Shown piece after piece: positions 54,701 through 64,000 of a DNA stretch of 64,000 nt. Each line of letters begins with the position of its first letter. Within the stretch, counting starts at the first letter, position 1. The DNA is taken from the NCBI GenBank assembly GCA_026110335.1, contig GCA_026110335.1_3055.1, one strand, 5' to 3'. The translations under genes were made by a program, and so were the position numbers. This DNA is from a phage. Below the pieces are notes generated by a model. The model worked only from the letters and a program-made list of their open reading frames with translations. It made no database searches and was not told the DNA's origin.

Positions 54701-54985
54701 CTATTTTACTAGCATCAATAACTGTTTCTCTAACTTGACTATTTTACGAAAGTATCTTTTGCATTGACGAATCTGTCGCTTCGTAGGGCGCACAGCAAAC
54801 TTAATAAATTCCACTCGACCAAATGGAGGGCTTTCTTCTGCTGGAATATCTAACACCAATTCCCACGTATCTGCAATAAGTGCTTTGAATTGAGTATTTT
54901 TCCTGATGTTATACGGTGTAGGTTTAAATAAAACAATATGCATATTATCCTCGGCAATCCACTTCACATACTTTCTTGTCATCAA
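54701..54985 (-). CDS. hypothetical protein (94 aa)
   Basis: ORF track; overlaps dmd start region. Confidence 0.45.
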   Translation of the reverse strand: MMTRKYVKWIAEDNMHIVLFKPTPYNIRKNTQFKALIADTWELVLDIPAEESPPFGRVEFIKFAVRPTKRQIRQCKRYFRKIVKLEKQLLMLVK

Positions 54986-55127
54986 TGAAAGCTTTAACTA
55001 ATGCTTTATTAACTTCAGCATATTGAGTAGTAGCCCATTGAACGTCATCTTTCATCATTGTGATTTCTTTAGTAAACATGCTTTCATTCTTAAACCACCC
55101 CATAAAAACTACCTTTACCAATTCCAT
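54945..55127 (-). CDS. dmd: Dmd antitoxin (inhibitor of RnlA/LsoA toxins)
   Basis: 60 aa MELVKVVFMGWFKNESMFTKEITMMKDDVQW...; matches recalled T4 Dmd; immediately upstream of gene 41. Confidence 0.8.
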   Translation of the reverse strand: MELVKVVFMGWFKNESMFTKEITMMKDDVQWATTQYAEVNKALVKAFIDDKKVCEVDCRG

Positions 55128-55156
55128 AAAAATCTCCTCATTTAACCAACAAGACT

Positions 55157-55186
55157 ACTATACCATAGTCTTGTCAGCTTGTAAAC
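55157..55186 (-). promoter_or_regulatory. T4-type early promoter for dmd
   Basis: GTTTAC-N18-TATAGT. Confidence 0.55.
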
Positions 55187-56613
55187 TAAAATTTTAATTC
55201 ATTCGCCAAAGCATCTAACTGAGCTCGAGTGGATTCATTTCTTTGATAGCGATTCTGTTCAGCCTGAATCTGCTGTGAACCTGCTACTTCACTCACTCCA
55301 GTTGGAGTAGAATCTTGTTCAATTTCTACCCATTTCTGATTTCCTTTTTGAACACCCATCAAAAACTTATTCCATTTGTTCTTATCACCATATCGTGATT
55401 TGATTTGCTTAATGAGCTGTTGTTCAGCCGCTGCTAACTCTTCAGTTTCAATGACCGCAAGCATAAAATCAGCTGTTGCTGGAAGACCAGCGGATTCTGC
55501 AATATCGCTCATGTTAACATCGGAAGAGTCCCAAGCTTGTTTACCAACCTGTGCTGCAGTCCAAAGAACAGTTTCGGTTTCAACAGCCAGAGCACGCAAC
55601 TCCTCTGCAATAGCTTTAACAGTTGTGTAACTATTTTCTGAATAAACTCTAATGCGGCAAGATTTACAAATACCTAGATAGTCGACAATAATGATTGTTG
55701 GAACAAAATTCTTCTTGAGCTTCAATTCGTTTAAAAGAGATCGAAATGTATTAGCATCTGCTCCACCAGTGGGATATTGCTTAACGATTAAACGACCGAG
55801 AGTAGATTTCTCACGCCATTTTTCCATTTTTCCTTTATACTCAGCGTAAGAAATATGTCCATCATCAATGTCATCAAGAGAAACATCAAGCATATTAGCG
55901 TCAATACGCTTAGCACAGACTTCTTCTGCCATTTCCATGGAGATATAAAGAACGTTATGACCAAGCTGCAAATAATCTGCTGCTAATGAACACAATCCTA
56001 ATGACTTACCAACGTTAACACCAGCCATTAAAACGTTCAGTGTTCCAGTCTCAGCTCCGCCTTTAGTAATTTTGTTTAGAATTCTGAGTTTAAATGGAAC
56101 CTTACGAGCTTTATTCATATAAGATAGCCAACGTGCTTCGTAGTCATCCATCCAATCATGACCAACGTAGCTATCAAATGAAATTGATAATGCTTGACGC
56201 ATAATGTCAGGAATAGCACCAACATCCGGCATTTTCTTATTTCGTTTTTCCGGAGGAAGCTCAGCATTAGTTTGAATTTCGATTATTTTAGACGTAGCAT
56301 TAAACATCGCCCTTTGCTGAACATATTTTTCTGTTTCTTTTACTAACCAGCTGTGGTCTTCCGGAGAATCAGCTAGTTTTGAAATAAGTGTTTTTACACC
56401 AGAATATTCTGTTTCAGTAAATGAACTATTTTCTAATGCAACATTTAACGCATTAATAGATGGAACGCTATGATACTCATTGACATGAGATTTAATTAAT
56501 TTGAATGTATTTTTAGCTGGACCACTTTCAAAATATTCTGAATCCATATATGGCCAAACTTTTGAAAAATAAGCTTGATCAAATATGAGATGAGAAAGAA
56601 TAATTTCTACCAC
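55186..56613 (-). CDS. 41: replicative DNA helicase gp41 (DnaB-like)
   Basis: 475 aa; Walker A GVNVGKS; matches recalled T4 gp41. Confidence 0.93.
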   Translation of the reverse strand: MVEIILSHLIFDQAYFSKVWPYMDSEYFESGPAKNTFKLIKSHVNEYHSVPSINALNVALENSSFTETEYSGVKTLISKLADSPEDHSWLVKETEKYVQQRAMFNATSKIIEIQTNAELPPEKRNKKMPDVGAIPDIMRQALSISFDSYVGHDWMDDYEARWLSYMNKARKVPFKLRILNKITKGGAETGTLNVLMAGVNVGKSLGLCSLAADYLQLGHNVLYISMEMAEEVCAKRIDANMLDVSLDDIDDGHISYAEYKGKMEKWREKSTLGRLIVKQYPTGGADANTFRSLLNELKLKKNFVPTIIIVDYLGICKSCRIRVYSENSYTTVKAIAEELRALAVETETVLWTAAQVGKQAWDSSDVNMSDIAESAGLPATADFMLAVIETEELAAAEQQLIKQIKSRYGDKNKWNKFLMGVQKGNQKWVEIEQDSTPTGVSEVAGSQQIQAEQNRYQRNESTRAQLDALANELKF

Positions 56614-56622
56614 ACTTACTCC

Positions 56623-56985
56623 TTAAAAGAATTTAAATTTTTTCTTTGACCTTTTATTAAATGCATCTTGCAGTTGCATTGTAATACATTTTTCTACATG
56701 AGGAGCTAACTCAGCTTTTCTTTCTTGGTCAAGAACAGCAAAGTCCATTACGACTTTTCCATCAACCCAATCTAATTTTGTCACATACACAATGTGTGTA
56801 GAACCATCTTCTAGTTTAATGACAATCTCCTGGATAACATTTTCCATGGCAGATTTAATTATCTTAAGAGACTCATTAAAAAGACGTTCTTTTCTTTCTT
56901 CTTCCCCCTCCGAAGAGGGGGATTCATCGATAATTTCTAGATCTAAGTCTAAATCATCTTTATTCATTAAATTCTTCCATATCAC
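56623..56985 (-). CDS. 40: gp40 head vertex assembly chaperone
   Basis: 120 aa; position between uvsX and 41. Confidence 0.7.
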   Translation of the reverse strand: MIWKNLMNKDDLDLDLEIIDESPSSEGEEERKERLFNESLKIIKSAMENVIQEIVIKLEDGSTHIVYVTKLDWVDGKVVMDFAVLDQERKAELAPHVEKCITMQLQDAFNKRSKKKFKFF

Positions 56986-58135
56986 TTAACTGCTCGAGGT
57001 CAGTTTCTAAATCAGCTGCTGATTTACTTTTACTTTCTGGAGATTTAAATTTTTCAACCTTTGAGTTAATCAATTCATCAACTTCAGCTTCAACAATTTC
57101 ATTACTATCAATAGCACCTAACTGATAAGCACGTTTAATAGCATCTCGGAATGGCTGATGTTTAAATAAAGGACCCCAGAATGTAGTGCAGTTGGTATCT
57201 TTTGCACGCCAAGATTTTTCTTCGCGAATCATCTCGCCGGTTTCTTCGTCAAGAAATTCACGAGCATACCAACCATTTTTAGGTTTTACCACAAATCCTA
57301 ATTCTAGAGCCATATCTAACAACCCAGAATAAGGATCGATACCACCGTCAAATTTAACATCAATAAAGAATTTACTTTTTTCTTTAACGGTACGAGATTT
57401 TTCTACATTTAGAACAAATTGATACCCCTGAAGATCAGAACCATCTTTAATCTGACGTTTACCGATAATGAATACGGTATCAGCAGAATACATCGGTCCA
57501 GTACCACCTCCCATAACTGTTTTACTAAACATTTCTTGTGTTTCGTATGTATGGTTAATAGCAATACATGGAATATTTTTAGTACTAAAATAGGGAGTTA
57601 CGATACGAAATAAGCTTTTCATTGTTTTAGCTCTAGTCATATCACTAACAACTTTTTCATTTAAAGCATCTTCAGTTTCTTTCTTAGAAGCTAAGTTACC
57701 AAGTGAATCGATAAAAACGACTACCTTTTCGCCGCGTTCAATTGCATCCAATTGATTAACCATGTCAATACGTAATTGCTCAAGTGATTGAACCGGAGTA
57801 TGAATTACTCGTTCTGGATCGACTCCCATAGACCGCAAATAAGCAGGAGTAATACCAAATTCACTATCATAAAACAAGCATACTGCATCAGGATATTGAC
57901 GCATGTAAGATGACACCATTGTTAATCCAAAGTTTGATTTAAATGATTTTGATGGACCTGCCAAAATTAACAGACCAGATTGCATACCACCAGTAATTTC
58001 ACCAGAAAGTGCAATATTCATCATAGGAATTTTTGTTCGAACTACATCTTTTTCATTAAAGAATTTAGATGCTGTTAATTCTGCTGTCAATTTAGAAGTA
58101 GAAGCTTTAATCAAACGAGATTTTAAATCAGACAT
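56960..58135 (-). CDS. uvsX: UvsX recombinase (RecA-like)
   Basis: 391 aa; RecA fold with Walker A GPSKSFKS; matches recalled T4 UvsX. Confidence 0.93.
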   Translation of the reverse strand: MSDLKSRLIKASTSKLTAELTASKFFNEKDVVRTKIPMMNIALSGEITGGMQSGLLILAGPSKSFKSNFGLTMVSSYMRQYPDAVCLFYDSEFGITPAYLRSMGVDPERVIHTPVQSLEQLRIDMVNQLDAIERGEKVVVFIDSLGNLASKKETEDALNEKVVSDMTRAKTMKSLFRIVTPYFSTKNIPCIAINHTYETQEMFSKTVMGGGTGPMYSADTVFIIGKRQIKDGSDLQGYQFVLNVEKSRTVKEKSKFFIDVKFDGGIDPYSGLLDMALELGFVVKPKNGWYAREFLDEETGEMIREEKSWRAKDTNCTTFWGPLFKHQPFRDAIKRAYQLGAIDSNEIVEAEVDELINSKVEKFKSPESKSKSAADLETDLEQLSDMEEFNE

Positions 58136-58143
58136 ATAATACC

Positions 58144-58821
58144 TTATAGTAGTGTTCTTGTTCCACGAAATACTTCGAGCATTCTTGCATAAGATTTATT
58201 TGGAAATCCAGCTTCAATTGCTAATTTTTTAAGCTTAATAGCACCGGGTTTTCCAGAGTTTTCCCATATTTCTTTAATCTTTTCAATGTTATCCCACATT
58301 ATTGGGTCACGTTTATGTGATGGTTTATTTCTATTATAACCATATGGATTATTAAGCAAAGCTTCTTTTCGTTTTGCTTTAGTTTCTTCTGACTGCTTTT
58401 TGCCTAGCTGGGCTTTCCGGCAAACATCACTAAATCCAAGATGTTTTGGTTTTCCTTTTTGGGCTTTTGAAATTTTTTCTTTGGTTTCTGATGAAACTCT
58501 ATAACCAATTCTTCTACCACCCTCTCCACCAATTTTTAAATTATAAGTCATAGGATCATTTACCACATCTATTGTTACTAATTCTCTTTCAGCATCACGG
58601 GCTGATTTAAAATCTTTATAAAACCCAAGAATGCTTAAATTAAAATTTTTCTTACCATACTTTTTCTTGGCTTGTGCTAATAAAGTTCCTGATCCCATAT
58701 AACCATCATTTAAATCATCGGTTGAATGAGTTCCATAGTAAATTTTATTATTAACTAAATTAGTTATAACATAAGTATAATTATATTTCTTTTCTTTATG
58801 TCTTTTCATGTCATTAATCAA
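58144..58821 (-). CDS. GIY-YIG homing endonuclease, SegA-like
   Basis: 225 aa; N-terminal GIY-YIG module (YNYTYVITNLVNNKIYYGTHS...R...E...N) and basic C-terminal DNA-binding region; free-standing between uvsX and the glycosyltransferase-locus gene. Confidence 0.7.
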   Translation of the reverse strand: MINDMKRHKEKKYNYTYVITNLVNNKIYYGTHSTDDLNDGYMGSGTLLAQAKKKYGKKNFNLSILGFYKDFKSARDAERELVTIDVVNDPMTYNLKIGGEGGRRIGYRVSSETKEKISKAQKGKPKHLGFSDVCRKAQLGKKQSEETKAKRKEALLNNPYGYNRNKPSHKRDPIMWDNIEKIKEIWENSGKPGAIKLKKLAIEAGFPNKSYARMLEVFRGTRTLL

Positions 58822-59662
58822 CTGCTATTGGATGAATAGCATTAAACTTATGAAATGCTTCTGATTTTTCTTTACGCGAAACACACATGCGAAGAACCTT
58901 TAGTGGTTCATCTTCTTCACCCAACGATTTTCGTTTTTCAATATTTGAAGTTTTCCAACGAGCTTGCTCTGGAAACTCTCTATTGATTTGCTCAAGCGCT
59001 CTATTATGTTTAGAATTACTACGAATTGAACTACACCCACCGGGAGCGTGTGATTTTCCAGATACAACTAGATATTTGAACAAGGCCAAATGCGGATAAC
59101 CTTGATTAATTAAATTGAGAAATGCATACATATCTTCGCATAAATCAATTTTTCCATACCCAATTTGTTCTGTCGTAAGTTTTCCGAGGTCATACCATGT
59201 ATTCGTGAATCCATATGAGTTTTCACGATAATTACCCCAAGATGAAGTAATTTTAAAAATTGGTAGACGAGCATGACCGTGATAATACCCGCAATCCATG
59301 GCATCTTCAACGTATTGAATTAATTCATAGAACTGTTCACGAGTTAATTGATTAATTTTATCTACGCGCCGTTTATCGTCTCTCTTTCGTATTGAACTCA
59401 TACGAATAGTAGTATCATCATCGATCATCCAAATTCGTTGACCTGCATACATATCAGTAATTGCTTTACGAGTACCGGCAATTCCATTAACATCATCAGG
59501 AATAGTTACAATTTTAGCTCTAGACCCATAAGCATCATAATAAGCTTTTTCTTCGTGTTCACGCACTACAATATGGGGTTCATAATCAGTCGGAAACATA
59601 TTAAGGGCAGAAACTGCCCCTACACGCTGATAACTTGGAATTACGAATTGAATCATTTCCAC
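58814..59662 (-). CDS. putative DNA-modifying glycosyltransferase (GT-A-like, DDD motif) at the beta-gt locus
   Basis: 282 aa; IWMIDDDTTI DxD-like motif; occupies the uvsX-42 slot where T4 encodes beta-glucosyltransferase but does not resemble recalled T4 beta-gt. Confidence 0.45.
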   Translation of the reverse strand: MEMIQFVIPSYQRVGAVSALNMFPTDYEPHIVVREHEEKAYYDAYGSRAKIVTIPDDVNGIAGTRKAITDMYAGQRIWMIDDDTTIRMSSIRKRDDKRRVDKINQLTREQFYELIQYVEDAMDCGYYHGHARLPIFKITSSWGNYRENSYGFTNTWYDLGKLTTEQIGYGKIDLCEDMYAFLNLINQGYPHLALFKYLVVSGKSHAPGGCSSIRSNSKHNRALEQINREFPEQARWKTSNIEKRKSLGEEDEPLKVLRMCVSRKEKSEAFHKFNAIHPIAVD

Positions 59663-60393
59663 TCACCGTTATAATCTTTTTTCACAATATGAGTTTCGCC
59701 AGTATTCCACCAATGATCAACCAAGTAAAAATGACGAGAATATACATGAAGACTTCCAACATTCCATATAATAGAACCTGCTTTATACTGACGAGTTGAA
59801 TCGCCTGCATTCAAATCAGATACTAATTTATCTAATACGTATTTTTGCCATGCATAATCATTACGGAATCCGAAGACCACGTCATTTGAGCGCATGCTTA
59901 CTACTGCATTGACTTTCTTATCACGAATCAGGTACTGTACTGTATTAGTACACATGAAATCTGACATGCCATCTTTATTATAGTCAAATTGCATGGATGG
60001 ACGAGTATAAATCATGATACCACGTCGAGAATCAGGATTTTGACCAAGTTCAGCTAAACACATATCATACTGGGCATAGTTATCTTCTGACCAAATAGCC
60101 CAGCCATAATTCGAGTTAATTTCGCCTTTAGAAGATGCTACCTGCTGCCAAATCTTTGGTGTTTCACCTGGAATATCTTTAACAAACAGACTTTGAGACT
60201 TGTACCATTCAAGTTCACGCTGAATGTATTCATCATTAAGAGCGCCAAAAATAAACGGTTCATCTGCTACAAATGATGCGCCAATAATTTCAATAGTTTT
60301 AACACCGGTTTTATCAACCACGAAATCTTTTTCTTTTAATGCAAGCCCCAAACGAAGACGGATTTCTTCAACTGTCATAGAGTCACTAATCAT
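59653..60393 (-). CDS. 42: dCMP hydroxymethylase gp42
   Basis: 246 aa; thymidylate-synthase-like fold; position next to imm. Confidence 0.9.
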   Translation of the reverse strand: MISDSMTVEEIRLRLGLALKEKDFVVDKTGVKTIEIIGASFVADEPFIFGALNDEYIQRELEWYKSQSLFVKDIPGETPKIWQQVASSKGEINSNYGWAIWSEDNYAQYDMCLAELGQNPDSRRGIMIYTRPSMQFDYNKDGMSDFMCTNTVQYLIRDKKVNAVVSMRSNDVVFGFRNDYAWQKYVLDKLVSDLNAGDSTRQYKAGSIIWNVGSLHVYSRHFYLVDHWWNTGETHIVKKDYNGEWK

Positions 60394-60400
60394 TTAAACC

Positions 60401-60550
60401 TCAATTGATACATTCATATTTAACTTGTAACAGTAATAAGCTCCAACCTAAAATAATAGTTGGAATCATAAGAGGAACCGTTACACTATAGTATATACTT
60501 ATTATAATCATCAAGATTAAAAGCAACACTGTTATAATTTTGCTTTTCAT
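60401..60550 (-). CDS. small hydrophobic membrane protein (49 aa)
   Basis: Hand-translated MKSKIITVLLLILMIIISIYYSVTVPLMIPTIILGWSLLLLQVKYECIN; ATG overlaps imm stop. Confidence 0.4.
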   Translation of the reverse strand: MKSKIITVLLLILMIIISIYYSVTVPLMIPTIILGWSLLLLQVKYECIN

Positions 60551-60798
60551 TCCTTCTCTCTGATGATAATTACTTGATTTGGTTGTGCAGACTTTTTAGT
60601 TTCACCTGCAATTGACCAAATAAATGTAATAAACCAACCAATAATTGACCAGTTAAACAGTAAAGATGTGAAAAAGATTCCTACTGTCGATTTTGACCCA
60701 CGCATCAAGGCGATAAACCATGGAAGCATGTATATAATAATAGCCAACACACCTGAAACTAAAACCATAAAAATTGAACCTGCTACTAAAGTTTCCAT
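60547..60798 (-). CDS. imm: Imm superinfection immunity membrane protein
   Basis: 83 aa with two TM segments; position between 43 and 42. Confidence 0.8.
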   Translation of the reverse strand: METLVAGSIFMVLVSGVLAIIIYMLPWFIALMRGSKSTVGIFFTSLLFNWSIIGWFITFIWSIAGETKKSAQPNQVIIIREKE

Positions 60799-60805
60799 GT
60801 TTTCC

Positions 60806-61198
60806 TCACTTAGTCAAATTTTTTACGCATGAATTATAAGAATTCACTACATACTCCATCGGAGCATTTTTACCAGTACGCCATTGATAATTATTAGCCC
60901 AATTAGCCCAAAGTTCAGCACAGTAGTTTTCAATTTTTTCTTCACGTGTAATCACATCTGAATTACGATATGCTTGAGCAGATTCATCTGGACGAATAGC
61001 TTCGTCAAAATTCGCCTGCATTTGTTCTACTGTCTGTTTTGGAGCTTCTTTATAACACTTGACATTAGGATTATAAAATTTGCTTGAACAGTTTACAATT
61101 TTTCCTACATCAGACTGATTTACTACCGATCCTTGAGCTACACAACCAGCAAGACCTAATGTAATAACCAAAATAGCGATTTTCATTTCATTCTCCAA
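60806..61198 (-). CDS. putative lipoprotein (130 aa)
   Basis: Signal peptide with lipobox LAGC (MKIAILVITLGLAGCVAQ). Confidence 0.5.
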   Translation of the reverse strand: MENEMKIAILVITLGLAGCVAQGSVVNQSDVGKIVNCSSKFYNPNVKCYKEAPKQTVEQMQANFDEAIRPDESAQAYRNSDVITREEKIENYCAELWANWANNYQWRTGKNAPMEYVVNSYNSCVKNLTK

Positions 61199-61220
61199 AT
61201 CCGTATCAGTTGATAGTTGT

Positions 61221-61250
61221 ATAGTACCATAGAAGAACAGGGATGTAAAC
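61221..61250 (-). promoter_or_regulatory. T4-type early promoter
   Basis: GTTTAC-N18-TACTAT; same cassette as at 13469, 30145, 33791. Confidence 0.6.
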
Positions 61251-61332
61251 AGTTTTGTGAAAAAATTTTTAGGGAATCCAAAGGGTCCAGAATCATCTCT
61301 TTTTCATAAGTATAGATTTATATTACTTGTAT

Positions 61333-61353
61333 GAAAAAGGGACCTGGAGGTCC
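61333..61353 (-). terminator. intrinsic terminator downstream of gene 43
   Basis: GGGACC-tgga-GGTCCC hairpin followed by T-run on minus strand. Confidence 0.55.
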
Positions 61354-61367
61354 CTAGATTTATTCTA

Positions 61368-64000
61368 TCAGCCAAACAGGAAGTCTAACGAAGCTTTTTC
61401 TTCATAGTCCATGCCAGCTGATTCACACATACCCGCAAGCGGTTTAACAAACGATTTTTGGAACAAAGTTGAGTAGTCAATCCAAGACAATACATCAGAA
61501 CGAATTTCTTTTGGAAGTTCTGTACCCGACGGCCAAGCAATGCACTTATCACCAAATGGATTTCCTTCACGTAATGGAAGAACCATTACCTTATTTCCAT
61601 CCAAAATTGGAGCTACACCTAGACCACTAACAGCTCGACGATAAGTTAGCACCCCACGAATGTGGAACGGGCATTTAAATCCTGGCCAACCTTTATCATC
61701 ATATTTCGCTATATCGTTCGCAGTTTTTACTTCAGCAATAACTTTATAGTCGAGTTGACGATATTCTTTCTCGAAGTTCTTGTAATATTCTTGGACAGAC
61801 TCTTCACCTTCCTGAAGAATACGACGAATACTTTCTTCGAGAGCTTCTTGTACTGCTTTTGGTGTTGAACTCTGTTGAGTTTCCATACCCATGATTTTTA
61901 GATGCGGTTCAGCAAATCGCTTATCTTCCATATCATAAACGTTCAGAGCATAACGCTTTTTCGCTTTCCAAAATCCACCAACACCCTTTGAACCAAGTGG
62001 AGGGCAAGAAATAGCTTCACGGTCCATATGCATCAGATGCTCGCGGTTATTCATATAATCACATAACTCACGATATGCAACATCAATCATAGGTTCCATC
62101 TTTTTCTTACCGAACTGATTCATAAATTCAACCAAATCGTTCTGCTCTTTGAATCGGTCAAGACCAACTTTTTCAATAACTTTATCTACGCAAACATATA
62201 CCGAATCAGTATCACCTGCTGCAATGAAATCTTCATCATTAGTTCCGCATACTTTATTCAGATATTCATTAATTTTACGAGCAATCCACTGAATACCAAC
62301 TTGGCCGAAAATTGTGATAGCAGTAGCATTTCGCAAATCATAGTAACGGAAATGAATATTACCAAGAGCACCATAAAGACTGTTAATAAGAATTTTACGG
62401 TTCAGCTGATTTGTATTAGCAAGTGTAGCAGCTTTTTCACATTCTTCAATCAGACTATTGAGAACAGATTCAGTATAATTCGATAGTTCATTTAAGAAAT
62501 CATCACTGAACTTAACATATCGTTCAACTTCTGGTTTAGTTGAACAAGACCCTGCGCCTTTCATAATAATCTTTTTAATAGCTTCGGCATTCATTTCTTC
62601 AGCGAACATTTTCTTTTTCCAATCTTTACGCTGGAAAAATACTTTAGCGATTTCCTTTGGAATGATACCTTCTTGATGCTTATCATACATCCATCCATTC
62701 GGAGAACAAGAATATTCATCACTCGGTTTAGGAGCTGTTCCTGCGATATATTCATGAATTGGATGAACTTTAAATTGTCCACGAATAGTCTCAGGACTAA
62801 TGTTAACCTGACGAATAATGCTAGGATACAGAGACGTCAAGTCAAAACTCATAATATATCGACGAGCAATTGGTTTAGGTTCAAACACAAATGCACCCGG
62901 AAAACTTTGTTTAACGTGCGAACCTTGTTGAGGAATAACCTTATGTTCACCTTTCAATGAGTTAAAAATAATAGCATCCCAAGTTTTAATAGGACTCATT
63001 ACACCAGAAAAAGGCATTTTAGCATAATAAGACATACTTAAAACTAGATCGATAAACCCGCGAATTTTATCAATTGCTTGAACTGATTCTACGTCAATGA
63101 TGTTATAACTAATGTATCGTTGATGATTAGTCTCACGAAGTTTATTAATAGGACCGTCGTATGGTAATTTACCTTTTTTGGTTTCATGTTGAGCAACTGA
63201 TTCCAAAGAGAATGACGGCAAATTAGTAAATGCGAATTTCTTGTACAAATCTAAATAATCAAGAATAGATACGCCATCAATAGAATAAATTTCTTTGCTA
63301 CCGTACACATTTTGAATTAGTTTAGATTTTACCCGACCGATTGGAGAGAAACGTTTCATACTGCGTTCACCCAGAATCATTTTAACGCGATTCATGATAT
63401 ATGGAACGTCAAACCCCTCAATATTCCAACCAGTAAAAATAGCAGGTCGTTTCTGTTCCCAGAGATTGATATATTCCATGAGCATATCACGCTCATTATC
63501 GAATGGCATATAAATTACTCGGTCAAGAATTTCTTGAGGAACTTCATCACCACCTTCACAGTCAAGCTTAGCAGCTAACTTTGCATCCCATTTTGATACT
63601 GAACCGTACATTGAATTCAAAAGGTCGAAAACATAAAAACGATCGTCAATTGAATCGTAATGAGTGATAGCATCAATTTCATATTCTGCTTTCATTGGGT
63701 CAGGAAATTTATCACCAGTAACCTCAATGTCACAGTTAGCTATACGAACAAATTTTCGGTCATAAACAATTTCTGAACCATATGTATCACTGATATAAGC
63801 GAGTTTAAAATCGTTCATACCGAGAGCTTCGAGACCGATGTCTTCCATTCGCTTCATCCAATCTCGAGCATCTTTCATTGATGGAAATTTTTGAGGAGCG
63901 CAGTTTTTACCATAGATGTCTTTGTACTTTGACTCTTCCTTACAATGCCTAAACATAGTCGGAAGATATTCTACTTCACGAGTACGTTCCTTTCCATTTT
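61368..64000 (-). CDS. 43: DNA polymerase gp43 (family B), N-terminus beyond window end
   Basis: Exo and pol motifs (e.g. YGDTDS-like AAGDTDSVY); matches recalled T4 gp43 from about residue 37; true start lies past position 64000. Confidence 0.93.
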   Translation of the reverse strand, partial: NGKERTREVEYLPTMFRHCKEESKYKDIYGKNCAPQKFPSMKDARDWMKRMEDIGLEALGMNDFKLAYISDTYGSEIVYDRKFVRIANCDIEVTGDKFPDPMKAEYEIDAITHYDSIDDRFYVFDLLNSMYGSVSKWDAKLAAKLDCEGGDEVPQEILDRVIYMPFDNERDMLMEYINLWEQKRPAIFTGWNIEGFDVPYIMNRVKMILGERSMKRFSPIGRVKSKLIQNVYGSKEIYSIDGVSILDYLDLYKKFAFTNLPSFSLESVAQHETKKGKLPYDGPINKLRETNHQRYISYNIIDVESVQAIDKIRGFIDLVLSMSYYAKMPFSGVMSPIKTWDAIIFNSLKGEHKVIPQQGSHVKQSFPGAFVFEPKPIARRYIMSFDLTSLYPSIIRQVNISPETIRGQFKVHPIHEYIAGTAPKPSDEYSCSPNGWMYDKHQEGIIPKEIAKVFFQRKDWKKKMFAEEMNAEAIKKIIMKGAGSCSTKPEVERYVKFSDDFLNELSNYTESVLNSLIEECEKAATLANTNQLNRKILINSLYGALGNIHFRYYDLRNATAITIFGQVGIQWIARKINEYLNKVCGTNDEDFIAAGDTDSVYVCVDKVIEKVGLDRFKEQNDLVEFMNQFGKKKMEPMIDVAYRELCDYMNNREHLMHMDREAISCPPLGSKGVGGFWKAKKRYALNVYDMEDKRFAEPHLKIMGMETQQSSTPKAVQEALEESIRRILQEGEESVQEYYKNFEKEYRQLDYKVIAEVKTANDIAKYDDKGWPGFKCPFHIRGVLTYRRAVSGLGVAPILDGNKVMVLPLREGNPFGDKCIAWPSGTELPKEIRSDVLSWIDYSTLFQKSFVKPLAGMCESAGMDYEEKASLDFLFG

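Overview
The window is a contiguous segment of a T-even (T4-like, Tequatrovirus-type) myovirus genome, read largely antisense to the phage's early and middle genes. Most genes lie on the minus strand (pseT, alc, rnlA, nrdB, nrdA, td, frd, 32, 59, 33, dsbA, rnh, then asiA, arn, motA, 52, ac, stp, ndd, denB, rIIB, rIIA, 39, motB, dexA, dda, srd, modA, modB, soc, 56, dam, 61, sp, dmd, 41, 40, uvsX, 42, imm and the 3' part of 43). A plus-strand late block carries long tail fibre genes 34, 35, 36, 37, 38 and holin t. Identifications rest on my recall of T4 protein sequences, conserved motifs and gene order; no database search was possible. Several features differ from the T4 reference and resemble T2/T6-type phages: gene 39 is a single fused ORF, gp38 is a glycine-rich adhesin type, gp37 carries a C-terminal chaperone-like domain, td has no intron, and segF and segG are absent. 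In contrast, nrdB carries a group I intron with an apparently full-length HNH homing endonuclease (I-TevIII-like). denA appears frameshifted by a 4-nt duplication, and a non-T4-like GT-A-type protein sits at the beta-glucosyltransferase locus next to a GIY-YIG homing endonuclease. Many T4-type early promoters (GTTTAC-N18-TAnnnT), late promoters (TATAAATA) and intrinsic terminators are readable on the transcribed strand. I did not find a CRISPR array, tRNA or rRNA gene, or a clearly novel multi-gene defence system; the candidates for novelty are the small hypothetical ORFs in the accessory regions. Coordinates I derived by hand (promoters, terminators, small ORFs, splice junctions) may be off by 1-3 nt.
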